Under the pieces are notes generated by a model. It saw only the letters and a list, made by a program, of their open reading frames with translations, did not search any database and was not told where the DNA came from. From NCBI GenBank assembly GCA_038207085.1, contig JBBRAE010000001.1, positions 96,001 to 160,000 on the forward strand: DNA of 64,000 nucleotides, read 5' to 3'. The DNA is from Armatimonadota bacterium. Lineage in GTDB: Bacteria; Armatimonadota; UBA5829; DTLH01. Positions within the stretch are counted from its first letter, which is position 1. The number at the start of each line of letters is the position of its first letter. The position numbers were made by a program, and so were the translations under genes. Positions 45,191 through 56,000 of the stretch are shown here, piece by piece.

Positions 45191-46986
45191 CGACCGGCCT
45201 CCTGCAAAACGTTCTCTTTCACTGCACCGTATTCGCATATCTGATTGCACATGCCGCAGCCCGCACACAGAACGGGGTTCACCTTGACTTTGCGAAGTTT
45301 CGGCTTCTCCGGGTCGGCCTCACCGATCTCAAGCGCGGGGCATCCCAGTTTCAGACACTTACGACAACCCTTGCAGGCATCCAGATCGATCACAAACTGC
45401 CGCGTAACGGCAATCCTCGCACCAAGAACGCACGGGCGCTTGGCGACTATGAGAGACGGTTCGGCGGTTTCAAGCTCTTCTTTGAGCACCTTCTCGACCT
45501 CGGCGACATCGTAGCAGTCGATCACACGCACGCGGTCGACGCCGACGCCTTTAGCTACCTGCTCTACCGAAATCTGTTTGGTAGGCTCGCCCATAAGCGT
45601 CCGACCAGTTCCGGGGTTGTCCTGGTGACCGGTCATTGCAGTCGTTCGGTTGTCGACGACGATAACGGTGCTAATTCCCTTATTGTAGACAATGTTCAAT
45701 AGCCCGGTTATGCCTGAATGGAAGAACGTGGAATCTCCGAGGACCGCGGCGACTTTGTTATTGTAACCAGCCTTCTCAAAACCGAACGCGTTTCCGACAC
45801 TTGCACCCATACAGACGATTGTGTCCATAGACTCCAGCGGCTTGAACGCACCGAGGCTGTAGCAGCCGATGTCGCCTGTAACGGTCACTCCAAGGTTGCT
45901 CAGCGCACGAAACACGCTTCTGTGGCCGCATCCGGCGCAGAGCACGGGAGGCCTTGCGGGGAGTCCATCGCCCACTCCCTTAGAAACGATTACGGGAGCT
46001 GTTCCACCCAGGATCTCAACACGCAATTGCTCCATCCTGAGCGGGTTCAGTTCACCCATGTTAAGCTGTGTCGCGTAATCTTGAACAACAATACCCATCG
46101 CCCTGATCTGTTCGTCAAGGAACGGGTCGAGCTCCTCTATGATATAGAGCTTTGTTACACTTTGGGCGAAGTTCTTGATCAAGTCCTTGGGTAGGGGGTT
46201 AGTGAAACCGAGCTTCAGGACGCTAGCCTCCGGGAACACCTCTTTGACGTACTCATAGGTCACGCCTGAGGTGATAATGCCGATATCGTTTGATCCGCGC
46301 TCTATACGGTTAAGTGGCGACTTCTCGGCAAACTGGCGCAGCGCCTCGGTGCGCTCCTCTACCTTGACTCGCATTTTGCGAGCAAAGACGGGAACGGGGA
46401 CAGTCTTCTCGATGTCCTTCACGTAAGTGAGCCCGTTAGGGGGCATGGGTGTGAAGTCACCGAGGTCGACGATGCCAGACGCGTGCGATGTCCTGGTGGT
46501 CATCCTCACGATAATCGGGGTCTTATACTCCTCGGAGATGGCGAACGCCTCTACGGTCATATCGTAGGCTTCCTGGCTGTCTGCCGGTTCGAGCAGGGGG
46601 ACTTTCGCGAAGCGGGCGAAGAACCTGTTATCCTGTTCGTTTTGGGAACTGTGCATGCCTGGGTCATCGGCTGATATGATGACCATTCCGCCGTTGGCCC
46701 CAAGATAAGAGAACGTCATAAGCGGGTCGGCTGCGACGTTCAGTCCCACGTGTTTCATCGCCGTAAGCGTCCGAACACCAGCGAACGAAGCGCCGATCAC
46801 GACTTCCATCGCGACTTTTTCGTTGACGGACCACTCACAGTAGATATGCGACTTGAACTTGCTAACGTTCTCCAGGATCTCCGTGCTCGGAGTGCCGGGA
46901 TACGCCGCCGCCACCTTGCACCCGGCCCGAAAAGCCGCGTGCGCGATAGCCTCGTTCCCGGATAGAAACTTCTTGTTGTTTACCAT
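45187..46986 (-). CDS. iorA: Indolepyruvate:ferredoxin oxidoreductase alpha subunit
   Basis: GNEAIA, YPGTPSTE, KHVGLNVAAD, HSSQNEQD, LCAGCGH, GDIGCY, GDSTFFHSG, ferredoxin C-terminus. Confidence 0.95.
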   Translation of the reverse strand: MVNNKKFLSGNEAIAHAAFRAGCKVAAAYPGTPSTEILENVSKFKSHIYCEWSVNEKVAMEVVIGASFAGVRTLTAMKHVGLNVAADPLMTFSYLGANGGMVIISADDPGMHSSQNEQDNRFFARFAKVPLLEPADSQEAYDMTVEAFAISEEYKTPIIVRMTTRTSHASGIVDLGDFTPMPPNGLTYVKDIEKTVPVPVFARKMRVKVEERTEALRQFAEKSPLNRIERGSNDIGIITSGVTYEYVKEVFPEASVLKLGFTNPLPKDLIKNFAQSVTKLYIIEELDPFLDEQIRAMGIVVQDYATQLNMGELNPLRMEQLRVEILGGTAPVIVSKGVGDGLPARPPVLCAGCGHRSVFRALSNLGVTVTGDIGCYSLGAFKPLESMDTIVCMGASVGNAFGFEKAGYNNKVAAVLGDSTFFHSGITGLLNIVYNKGISTVIVVDNRTTAMTGHQDNPGTGRTLMGEPTKQISVEQVAKGVGVDRVRVIDCYDVAEVEKVLKEELETAEPSLIVAKRPCVLGARIAVTRQFVIDLDACKGCRKCLKLGCPALEIGEADPEKPKLRKVKVNPVLCAGCGMCNQICEYGAVKENVLQEAGR

Positions 46987-47008
46987 TTAAAACTGATCCC
47001 TGGGAGGC

Positions 47009-47042
47009 AAAAAATACGCCCGGTCAGTAACAACCCGAGCGC
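47009..47042 (-). terminator. Terminator-like hairpin with U-tract in the iorA leader
   Basis: GCGCTCGG-11 nt-CCGGGCGT then ATTTTTT, about 22 nt before the iorA ATG. Confidence 0.45.
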
Positions 47043-47233
47043 GCGCCGAAGTTGATTTGTGCTGCATGAATTCTATCGCATTTTGACGAGTAAACGCAAG
47101 TGAGAAACGACGTGTGTGAGGCGGTGGGGCGGCGTGGCGCTCGTGTCATTTTCTGCCGAATACTCAAGTTAACATAAGTAGTATTATCGGACATTGCCGT
47201 TAGGCCTATAAACAAAGTAATCCGAGATCTGCT

Positions 47234-47270
47234 AAAAACCGCCGACAGCGAGCGCTAGCGGCGGTTTTTT
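47234..47270. terminator. Intrinsic terminator downstream of the 66-aa gene
   Basis: AAAAACCGCCG...CGGCGGTTTTTT. Confidence 0.75.
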
Positions 47271-47294
47271 GATACTTAAACTATTCTTTGTCGA

Positions 47295-47495
47295 TCAGGA
47301 CTCAGTGTGCAACTTTGCGGTTGCGATGTTCTCGAGTTCCTTGATCTTGTCGTAGGCACGGCTGATTGCGTCCTGAACGTCCTTAATAGGCTGCTCAGAG
47401 TGAGCTTTCATATACCATACGATTGCGGCCGAGACCAGCGTTACGCCGGCTGCAGCTCCGAGCATCACTGCGAGGGTCTTTTTATCTTGTGCCAA
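47295..47495 (-). CDS. Small membrane-anchored hypothetical protein
   Basis: SD AGGAG; N-terminal TM segment followed by a short amphipathic helix. Confidence 0.6.
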   Translation of the reverse strand: MAQDKKTLAVMLGAAAGVTLVSAAIVWYMKAHSEQPIKDVQDAISRAYDKIKELENIATAKLHTES

Positions 47496-47537
47496 TGTCG
47501 TCTCCTGAGCTAACGGGACGAATCCCGTGACTTTGAC

Positions 47538-47948
47538 TTACCTTATCTCGAATCTCTTTTCGCCGCCGGGGCCGCCGTCCATCGAGCTGAATATCCGCTT
47601 GACGAACGAGACAAGCTCCATCGGGTTAAACGGTTTGGTAAGGTAGCAGTCGACACCGGACCGCCATCCCTTAAAGATATCCTCGTCCTGGGTTTTTGCA
47701 GTGAGCAAAATAACCGGGATATTTCGTGTGGAATGATTGCGTCTAAGGTTCTGGAGCACCTCGAAGCCGTCCATATACGGCATCATTACATCCAAAACCA
47801 CGAGGTCAGGCCGTTCCTCTTCGACTTTCTTTAGCGCCTCTTTGCCGTCGCTTGCGGTGACTACTTGAAACCCCTGCCGCTCAAGGTTCACTTGAACGAG
47901 CCGGACTATGTTCTTTTCGTCATCAACGGCTAGTATCTTTCTAGGCAT
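47538..47948 (-). CDS. Single-domain response regulator (receiver)
   Basis: LAVDDE, LDVMMPYMDG, LTAK, YLTKPF. Confidence 0.92.
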   Translation of the reverse strand: MPRKILAVDDEKNIVRLVQVNLERQGFQVVTASDGKEALKKVEEERPDLVVLDVMMPYMDGFEVLQNLRRNHSTRNIPVILLTAKTQDEDIFKGWRSGVDCYLTKPFNPMELVSFVKRIFSSMDGGPGGEKRFEIR

Positions 47949-47981
47949 TCAGGTCGAGCCTCCTCTTGGACTTTCGTGCTC

Positions 47982-48011
47982 AGTATAACACGCTCAACAA
48001 ACTGGTGTCAA
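47982..48011 (-). promoter_or_regulatory. Sigma70-type promoter for the response regulator
   Basis: TTGACA-18 nt-TATACT. Confidence 0.6.
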
Positions 48012-48695
48012 TTACAGGTTGACAGCGGTGGCGCGCAACCTTGCATACTTGTTATCGGCTAGATGGCGAGCGATCTGGAGCTCATTCTCGCTCAAAACAT
48101 CATCACGTATATTGGCAGTGAACACCCTTTCCATGTGGTGAGTAATCGAATCTATGAGTCTTTCTCTCTCGATTCCCAACAGCACAAGTGAGTTCTGTTG
48201 AAGCACCGCACCTGACCTGCGAACCTGGGCGCTCCCGAACACCTTGCGTTCTCCAACTACCAGTTCATAATCAAGCGTCAGATCAAAGCATGCGCCAATG
48301 CTCCGAACAGAACTCGGTGGCGTAGTAACTCGGCACATCCTTGCCGGCACACCAACCTCAACGAGCGCCCGCTGCACCGCTTCAGCCGTCTTTCTGTATG
48401 ACTCAATAATAGGGGAGCCAAGTTCCCTCGATGAAACGATCGCGCTGAAGGTAAGATCGCCACCGTGACGAACCGCCCTGCCGCCGGTCGGTCGCCGTAC
48501 GAGACATCTCCCCCACCCTTCAGGGACGTTCTCTATGGGCTGCAGGCGGCCGATGCTGACCCAGGGCTCGCTCCAGCCGTAGAACCTGAGTGTGGGCGGC
48601 GAGGCGCCATCGATAAACGACTGAAATATCGCCTCATCCACCGCCATGTTCCACGGGCCATCAGCCTCGACGTAGGGTATCAGTCGCCAAGACAT
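48012..48695 (-). CDS. Lipoate-protein ligase A / LipM-like octanoyltransferase
   Basis: [30 protein letters not shown]; last gene of the gcv operon. Confidence 0.88.
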   Translation of the reverse strand: MSWRLIPYVEADGPWNMAVDEAIFQSFIDGASPPTLRFYGWSEPWVSIGRLQPIENVPEGWGRCLVRRPTGGRAVRHGGDLTFSAIVSSRELGSPIIESYRKTAEAVQRALVEVGVPARMCRVTTPPSSVRSIGACFDLTLDYELVVGERKVFGSAQVRRSGAVLQQNSLVLLGIERERLIDSITHHMERVFTANIRDDVLSENELQIARHLADNKYARLRATAVNL

Positions 48696-50119
48696 GTCAG
48701 AATCGGCTTTCTGGCTGCGGTGGTCTCGTCGACACGCCGGACCGGTGTGTTGTGCGGCGCGGACTTGATGACTTCGGGATCTTCCCTGGTCTCCCTGTCG
48801 ATCTCACGCATTGCAGCGATAAAGGCGTCGAGAGTCTCCTTGCTCTCAGTTTCGGTGGGCTCGATCATCAGCGCCTCATCGACGATCAACGGGAAGTAGA
48901 TTGTCGGGGGATGGAAACCGAAGTCCAGCAGGCGTTTTGCGATGTCTAGCGCCCTTATTCCCTCCTTGCGGTAATACTTGCCGGTCGATACAAATTCGTG
49001 CATGCATCGCTCGCCGTAGGGAATCGGCAATATATCTTTCAAATGCGCCATGACATAGTTGGCGTTCAAGACGGCGTTGTCAGAGACCTCGCGAAGTCCC
49101 TCTGGCCCGAGTGTGCGAATATAGGCGTAGGCGCGGACCATCACCAGGAAGTTGCCGTAGAACGAGTGCAGCCTGCCTATGGACTGGGGACGATCGTTAT
49201 CGAAGCGATATCCCGAATCAGTGTGCTTGATAACGGGCGTCGGCAGAAACGGGCGAAGAATCTCTTTCACCGCGACCGGCCCAGCGCCTGGTCCCCCACC
49301 CCCATGAGGCGTGGAAAATGTCTTGTGCAGGTTGAAATGCATCACATCAAAGCCCAGATCACCGGGACGCGCGCGCCCGAGTATCGCGTTCATATTCGCT
49401 CCGTCGCAGTAGACAAGTGCGCCAGCGTCGTGCACCATCTGAGTTATCTTCACGACGTCCTTTTCGAACAGGCCGAGGGTATTGGGGTTCGTGAGCATCA
49501 CTCCGGCAACGTCCGGCCCAAGCATGGAGGCAAGTAGGGCAACATCGACCATCCCCTCTGGGCTGGATGAGAGCTTGCGCACCTCAAAGCCGCAGCGGTG
49601 GGCGGTAGCCGGATTGGTACCGTGAGCCGAATCGGGCACAAGGACGACCTTTCGAGCCTCGTCGCACCTGGACTGATGATACGCCTTGATCATCAGCATC
49701 CCGCAGAGCTCGCCGAGCGCTCCGGCGGCGGGTTGGAGCGTCACAGCGTCCATCCCACCGATCTCAGCGAGGAAGCTCTCAAGCTCGCTCATAAGCGCGA
49801 GTGCCCCCTGCACCGTGTCCTCAGGCTGCAGCGGATGGAGGGCGGCAAACCCTCGCATGGCGGCGATTCGCTCGTTGACCTTCGGGTTGTACTTCATAGT
49901 GCAGGATCCAAGCGGGTAGAAGTTGCCATCAATCGAGAACTGCCGGTGTGCGAGATGCACAAAATGCCGGACGACATCGAGTTCATAGACCTCAGGGAGT
50001 TCAAGCCTCTCCCGAAGCGACTCCTGCGGGACCTCGGACTCTGGCACATCCAGCGCAGGCAGCGTGCAGCCCACCCTACCCCGCCGTGACAGCTCATAGA
50101 TCAGCGGTTCGTCGTTCAT
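48680..50119 (-). CDS. gcvPB: Glycine dehydrogenase (decarboxylating) subunit 2
   Basis: [46 protein letters not shown] 50119. Confidence 0.95.
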   Translation of the reverse strand: MNDEPLIYELSRRGRVGCTLPALDVPESEVPQESLRERLELPEVYELDVVRHFVHLAHRQFSIDGNFYPLGSCTMKYNPKVNERIAAMRGFAALHPLQPEDTVQGALALMSELESFLAEIGGMDAVTLQPAAGALGELCGMLMIKAYHQSRCDEARKVVLVPDSAHGTNPATAHRCGFEVRKLSSSPEGMVDVALLASMLGPDVAGVMLTNPNTLGLFEKDVVKITQMVHDAGALVYCDGANMNAILGRARPGDLGFDVMHFNLHKTFSTPHGGGGPGAGPVAVKEILRPFLPTPVIKHTDSGYRFDNDRPQSIGRLHSFYGNFLVMVRAYAYIRTLGPEGLREVSDNAVLNANYVMAHLKDILPIPYGERCMHEFVSTGKYYRKEGIRALDIAKRLLDFGFHPPTIYFPLIVDEALMIEPTETESKETLDAFIAAMREIDRETREDPEVIKSAPHNTPVRRVDETTAARKPILTCLGD

Positions 50120-51474
50120 GGGAGCGCCTCCACCAGCCTGTCTATATCCCGCTTGGTGCGCTTCTCCGTCACGCATATCAGCATTCTCCCTGCCAACTCG
50201 GGGTAGTACGCGCCAAGATCGAGCCCACCGAGGATGTTGTGCTCAAGCAATCTATCGTTGACTTCAGAGACGGGCCGGTCGCACCTTACCACGAACTCTT
50301 TAAAGAATGGGCTGTTCCACTCAAGCGTATATCCCCGCTTCGATGCGATACTATCTGCCGCGTAGTGGGCCTTGTGGAAACAAAGTTCAGCGACCTGGCG
50401 AAGCCCGTTTGACCCGAGTGCGGACATATAGACCGTCGTCGCAAGCGCGACAAGCGCCTGGTTGGTGCAGATATTGGAAGTCGCCTTCTCGCGTCGAATA
50501 TGCTGCTCCCGGGTCTGCAGAGTGAGCGTAAAGCAGCGGCGACCTTCGGCATCTGTCGTCTGCCCGACCAGCCTGCCGGGTGTGTGCCAGACGTGTTCCT
50601 TCCTGCATGCGAAAAGACCGAGGAACGGCCCGCCAAAGCCTGTATTCACGCCGAGTGCCTGTCCTTCACCCACCACAATATCCGCGCCGTATTCCCCCGG
50701 TGGCTTGAGCATTCCGAGCGCAATCGGGTCGACGCTTACGATCAACAAGGCGCCCGCATTATGCGTCAATTCAGCGATGTCGCCCAACTTCTCGATGCTT
50801 CCAAAGAATGAAGGGTATTGCACGATAACACATGCGGCTTGATCAGAGAGCTTTGATGTGAGGTCATCCAAATCTGTCACCCCGTCACGGGTCACGATCT
50901 CATCTATCTCGATTCCCAGACCAGTGACATAGGTTCGAAGCACCTGACGGTAGTTGGGATGAACCCCGCGGGAGGCTAACACGCGCCGACGGCCACTGAT
51001 ACCATAGGCCATGATCGCCGCCTCGCCGACGGCTGTTCCGGCATCGTAGAGGCTGGCGTTTGAGACCTCCATTCCGGTGAGCGCCGAGATCATGCTCTGA
51101 TACTCAAAGATCGTCTGCAGGACTCCCTGGCTTGCCTCGGGCTGATAGGGCGTATAGGTGGTCTGAAACTCAGAGCGTGACACGACCGAATCGACGACTG
51201 CCGGTATGTAGTGATCATACGCGCCAGCACCAAGAAAGCAGACGAGATTGTCCAGACTCTGGTTCACCTGTGCGAGCCCGGCGGCAAGCGCTACGACATC
51301 CTGCTCTCCAAGGCCCGGTGGTAAGTCGAGCGCATGGGCGAAACGAGCCTCTTCTGGAATTTGCTCGAAGATCTCATCAATGCTCGCCGCACCGATGTCT
51401 TGAAGCATCTCGCGTCGGTCGTCATCGGTTGCTGGAATATATGAAAGCCTACTCCGGTTCGATGTATTGCTCAT
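50116..51474 (-). CDS. gcvPA: Glycine dehydrogenase (decarboxylating) subunit 1
   Basis: [44 protein letters not shown]. Confidence 0.95.
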   Translation of the reverse strand: MSNTSNRSRLSYIPATDDDRREMLQDIGAASIDEIFEQIPEEARFAHALDLPPGLGEQDVVALAAGLAQVNQSLDNLVCFLGAGAYDHYIPAVVDSVVSRSEFQTTYTPYQPEASQGVLQTIFEYQSMISALTGMEVSNASLYDAGTAVGEAAIMAYGISGRRRVLASRGVHPNYRQVLRTYVTGLGIEIDEIVTRDGVTDLDDLTSKLSDQAACVIVQYPSFFGSIEKLGDIAELTHNAGALLIVSVDPIALGMLKPPGEYGADIVVGEGQALGVNTGFGGPFLGLFACRKEHVWHTPGRLVGQTTDAEGRRCFTLTLQTREQHIRREKATSNICTNQALVALATTVYMSALGSNGLRQVAELCFHKAHYAADSIASKRGYTLEWNSPFFKEFVVRCDRPVSEVNDRLLEHNILGGLDLGAYYPELAGRMLICVTEKRTKRDIDRLVEALP

Positions 51475-51829
51475 ATTCGTCGCTTGTCATCAGGTCGTCC
51501 AGTTCAGCAGGGTCAGAGAGCTTGACTATAATCATCCAGCCTGCGCCGTATGGGTCTTCATTGATCAGTTCCGGGCTCTCCACGATGTCATCGTTCCGCT
51601 CAACGACTTCACCCGTAACTGGGGACATAATGTCAGACACCGCCTTAACCGAGTCAACGCTTCCAAACGGGTCCCCAGCACGCACAGTCGCTCCAATTGC
51701 GGGAAGTTCAACGTTTACGATGTCGCCGAGTTCGTCCTTTGCAAACTCCGTAATGCCGACAGTACCGAGATCGCCCAATACCTTGACCCACTCGTGGCTT
51801 TTGCTATACTTCACGTCTTCAGGATGCAT
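51449..51829 (-). CDS. gcvH: Glycine cleavage system H protein
   Basis: YSKSHEW, VGITEFA, SVKAVSD (lipoyl Lys), INEDPYGAGW; ATG 51829 after GGAGG. Confidence 0.95.
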   Translation of the reverse strand: MHPEDVKYSKSHEWVKVLGDLGTVGITEFAKDELGDIVNVELPAIGATVRAGDPFGSVDSVKAVSDIMSPVTGEVVERNDDIVESPELINEDPYGAGWMIIVKLSDPAELDDLMTSDEYEQYIEPE

Positions 51830-51839
51830 CCAGTCCTCC

Positions 51840-52928
51840 TTAACCCTCCGGAGTTTTCTTTCGATACATTGGCAGCTTGCGGGCGAACCCCATACGTTGC
51901 GCGCCGTGGAGTTCAACCACCACACGCTCATCCTCTGCTGTCTGTTTAGGCAGATAGGCCATAGCAATACCCCGACCAAGTGTGGGCGAATAGGTGCCGC
52001 TTGTAACTCTGCCGCGACCGTGATCGGTGAGCACTGTGTCGCCATCGCGGGGGACTGTTCGTCCCTCCATTTCAATACCAACAAGCTTCACATTAGGCCC
52101 ATTTGAAGCCGTAGCGGCGATTGCAGCCCTTCCGATGAACTCCCCTTTGGTCAGTCGTGCAAACCTCATCAAGCCAACCTGCGCAAGGGTGATATTCTCG
52201 CTTAGCTCGTGACCATAGAGTGGAAGCCCCGCCTCAATTCGCAGAATATCCCTCGCGGCAAGACCGCAGGGCTGAATCCCCAAGTCGCTACCTGCCTCAA
52301 GCAGCCCCGACCAGACCCTTTGGGCGTCATTGGTCGCGCAGATGATCTCGAACCCATCCTCACCGGTATACCCCGTTCTAGCGGCGAAAATGCGAGCGCC
52401 CAAGGTAATGGTTTCAGTGAAGTGGAAGCGTGGGATGTGTCCTGCGCCAACTACACCGAAATCTCTCAGTATTTCGACAGATCGAGGCCCCTGCAGCGCA
52501 AACATAGCCGTAGCCTCAGTGCAGTCTTCCATACGAACATCTGGTGGCAGATGAGAACTGATCCAGGCCTTGTCTTTGTCCATGTTGGCGGCGTTGACTA
52601 CCAGGAGAAAGCTTTCAGAGGCACGGCGGTAGACTATGAGATCGTCTATTACGCCTCCGGCGTCGTTGCACATCAGGGTGTATTGACCTGCCCCATTCCC
52701 GAGCAGGGCAATGTCGTTTGTGAGGAGGCGCTGAAGTGAAAATTGAGCGTCCTTACCCACGATGTCGACCCTGCCCATATGGCTGACATCAAAGAGGCCT
52801 GCGGCATTTCGGACTGCGGCAGACTCTCTGAGAGCACTGCCGTAGTCGATAGGCAAAAGCCAGCCCGCATACTCGACGATCTTCGCGCCCGCGGACCTGT
52901 GAGTCTCGATCAGTGGAGGGGTTTTCAT
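51840..52928 (-). CDS. gcvT: Glycine cleavage system aminomethyltransferase T
   Basis: GLFDVSHMG, ALQGP, RTGYTGEDGFE, RDILRIEAG, VTSGTYSPTL. Confidence 0.95.
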   Translation of the reverse strand: MKTPPLIETHRSAGAKIVEYAGWLLPIDYGSALRESAAVRNAAGLFDVSHMGRVDIVGKDAQFSLQRLLTNDIALLGNGAGQYTLMCNDAGGVIDDLIVYRRASESFLLVVNAANMDKDKAWISSHLPPDVRMEDCTEATAMFALQGPRSVEILRDFGVVGAGHIPRFHFTETITLGARIFAARTGYTGEDGFEIICATNDAQRVWSGLLEAGSDLGIQPCGLAARDILRIEAGLPLYGHELSENITLAQVGLMRFARLTKGEFIGRAAIAATASNGPNVKLVGIEMEGRTVPRDGDTVLTDHGRGRVTSGTYSPTLGRGIAMAYLPKQTAEDERVVVELHGAQRMGFARKLPMYRKKTPEG

Positions 52929-52986
52929 CCCAGTGATTTTGCCCATCGGGGTGTGCTTTCAAACAGGCTCATCGGTCCCAGACACT

Positions 52987-53025
52987 AAAAAGAATGGGCA
53001 ACCAACTGTGATTGGTTGCCCATTC
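52987..53025 (-). terminator. Intrinsic terminator of the 1180-aa gene
   Basis: GAATGGGCAACCAA-6 nt-TTGGTTGCCCATTC followed by TTTTT on the minus strand. Confidence 0.8.
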
Positions 53026-53034
53026 CAATGGGAG

Positions 53035-56000
53035 CTATTCGACGATGAACACTCGCAGCCCGTGTCCCTCTATCCCGAAACTTCCGGGCAGGTATTCACC
53101 GAGCTCATACTTGCGCTTGGTCTGGTTATAGATACTCTGAAGCTCTGCGCTGGTTTCTATGTCATATATACGCTTGAGCCTTCTCCCAAGAAGCGTGTCG
53201 TTGACAGTGAAAGGAACGTCGACAGCGTTCTTGTTCTCGTTCAAGACGACAAGAGCCGCCCGGTCTTTGCCCCTATAAACAGAACAGTAGACACCGGAAG
53301 TTCCTATCGCGACCATATCGGCACTTCTCCAGTAGCCTGTGAACGGGCACGTTTCTTTCTCCGAGAAGAACCCAACCTTGTCGTCGAGAAGACCGGCGAG
53401 CCTTGCGGCATCCAGATTCGCCCCGTCGCCTTTCCAGCCGATGTCGTGGATCAGGCACAGACCTGTAAGCACTCTCCAGCGCTTCCTAAGGTCTGCATTG
53501 CTGTAATCACCAGTCGATGAATATCCACGTTCGTCTATCTGATGAACGATACCCCGGCGGAGTCGGAATAGCGACCTGAACTGGTCCACGCTGAACTGAT
53601 CGAGCATTGAGTCTTTGATACCCGTCACGTAGAAGCCGTTCTCAACGTGCCAGCACATCTGGTTCCAAGACCACTCCGCGCCCATATTGCTGAGCCAGAA
53701 TGGTCGATTTCCAGCCTTTGCCTGCAGGGTGTTCAGCCTCTTCGTTACTTCCCGCCTTGTGAAGACGCTCCACTTCTGATAGAACTCCTTCTTAACAGGG
53801 TCATATTCGGTGATCAAGAAGTTGGACGCATTGTCCCACCAGGTGCCGTTGACAGGTGTCTTGGTGAGGAGTTTATTAGAGTACCAGATGAAGCAATCTA
53901 CCTGGCTCTGAACCCAGTTACAGCCAAACTCACCCATCTCATCTTCATACTTTGGCGCGTATGAACCAGCGAGGTTGTAGGCGCGGTCAGCTTCAGGAAT
54001 CTCCTTACCAGATGGCAGCGAGTTCCCCCATTCGCCCGCGTAGGTGTTGAACTCAGGCAGGTCCTTGCTCATATTTGAGTTTGATCCGTAGAAGACGATC
54101 GGTTTGCCTGACTCGATTGACTTTTGGAACTGGTCTGCGCGCTGGGAGTTGTAGCTATCAGACCTAGGCCCTACCGGATAGCCGGGATAGATACGCTTTC
54201 GGTCGTTTTGCAGTTTCTTCCCAGACATAAAGTCGTTCAAGGCGTCGCAGTCTTGGTCTTCGAGCCAGTAGCCGTCGGTGCTGCGACCCCAGCGACGCCA
54301 GCCGGTGATATAGGCTGTATAGGAGTGCTGATCGTCCTTGAACCACGACCACTTGCGTTCGCCGTCCGCCGTTTTTACAGGGTCGACGAGAAGTGCGAAG
54401 TGGATTTTCTTTTCAGTATCGAGCTTTGTATGAGCGGCGAAGATGTTGATTCTGAGCTCTACGCCGTCTTTGGTCCTGACGTACTGCACAGCCGGAAGCT
54501 TGTCGGACATTGTCCAGTCCCGGTTCTCTTCGCCAAACCACCATACACCCTTGTCGCCGTTCCCACAGTAGGCGATAGGGACAAAGCTTCCCCATTTCTC
54601 CCTGTTATCAGACATGGGAAGCAGTGTGCCGCTGTTCCAAACCACACCGTCACCGGCGGGGATTCGGTTCTTGCCGGCATCGATGCCATCGACGAATCGG
54701 TGGATATACATTGTGTCCGCGCCCTTCCAGAGTGGGATCACAAGGCTGAGCCGATCCAAATAGGCACCACTCTCACGGGGTTTGACGGTCATCTTGACGT
54801 CGTACCATCCGTCGATCTCCATATCGTTCTTCATCTCTACGGTTGCGCCGCCAAGATTGACGGACGACGCCACCTTGATGCGTGCGTCTTTAGCGTCCAC
54901 AATCGCGCTTTTGGCGTCTGTGGCTGCAACAGGCTGACCCGCCGATTCGGCTTCCAGGCGAATCGGCGACGCTAGAATATCTTCAGGCCCACCATCCCCA
55001 CCGGCCCGTACCTGCGCGAAGAGACCGTCAGCGCTGAGTTTGTAATCCCGGAGCACCGATTTTAGAGTCCCAGTGGCAGTGTCGGCCACAAGAGGCGTGT
55101 ACGGTGGCAAGACCATATCTTCGCAGCCGATCTTGTTACCCTCCCACGCATAGGTCCTGCGAAGGAACTTCTGCTCTTTCGTCGCAACCACCGTCTTGCC
55201 GTCAGCACCGATCAGGGTCATCTTGGCGAGGTAGTCACCAACCGGGAGCTTGCCTGTTTCGAAAGTCATTGATGCCATGAGCGTATCAGGAATTGCCACG
55301 CGAGATGTTGCGACTGCTTTCTTAACGTTCTTGGTGTTGTATATGCTCACAACAAACGCATTGGCGTTTCTGATCTTGTCGGACATGCCGAAGAAATCGA
55401 GATCAATCGACGATTTGGCGATGCCATATCCCGGCCAGTAACCGAAGTCCCAAACATACTCGCCAGCCTGAGGAGTTCGCTCTATCCACGGCTGTATGAA
55501 CTCTTTGTAGACCTCTGGGGTAAGCGCTGAGACGGGCATTTTGTTCTCATAGAGAACCCTGCGTGTCTCAGCACCAGACTGGGAGTCGACAGCGGGCATG
55601 GTAGCCAAAATATAGAGTGAGTTCTTGCCGTCAGTCGGCAAGCTCACCTTTTCGTTCACATCGATGGAGGTCTTGCTGCCTGGCTTCATCCAGGCAGTCT
55701 TTACGAGCTCTTTGATCGTGTTACCCTTGGGGTCTGTAAGTCTGACCAGAAGGTCAACAGGCGATGGGGTCTGCCACGGAGCGATCTCAAAACCGAGGTT
55801 CAGTTCGCCTTCGCGGACTTTGCCGCGCTTTGCGAATCGAAACGCGGGAGCATTCGGATCAAAAACGACCTCCCCAAACTCGTCCCATCCCGTCCAGCCA
55901 GTGCCGACCCAGCCTGCATAGTACGCGCCTATTGAATGATCAGCGCGCACGAGCTGAATTGTCCAAGACTTGCCATCAAGTGATTTGGTCGCCATCGCGT

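Noticed and set aside
51830..52084. Long N-terminal extension of GcvH in the ORF track
   Set aside because: It overlaps gcvT, and a good SD precedes ATG 51829. Similar spurious extensions affect iorB, gcvPB, slyD and the 34341 hydrolase.
51132..52106. Long antisense ORFs (e.g. 51132-52106, 23603-24478, 54124-54975, 52933-53520)
   Set aside because: Shadow frames opposite well-supported genes in GC-rich DNA, with no motifs.
52929..52990. Glycine riboswitch expected upstream of gcvT
   Set aside because: Only about 60 nt lie between the upstream terminator and gcvT, with no GGAGA...CCGAAG aptamer motif.
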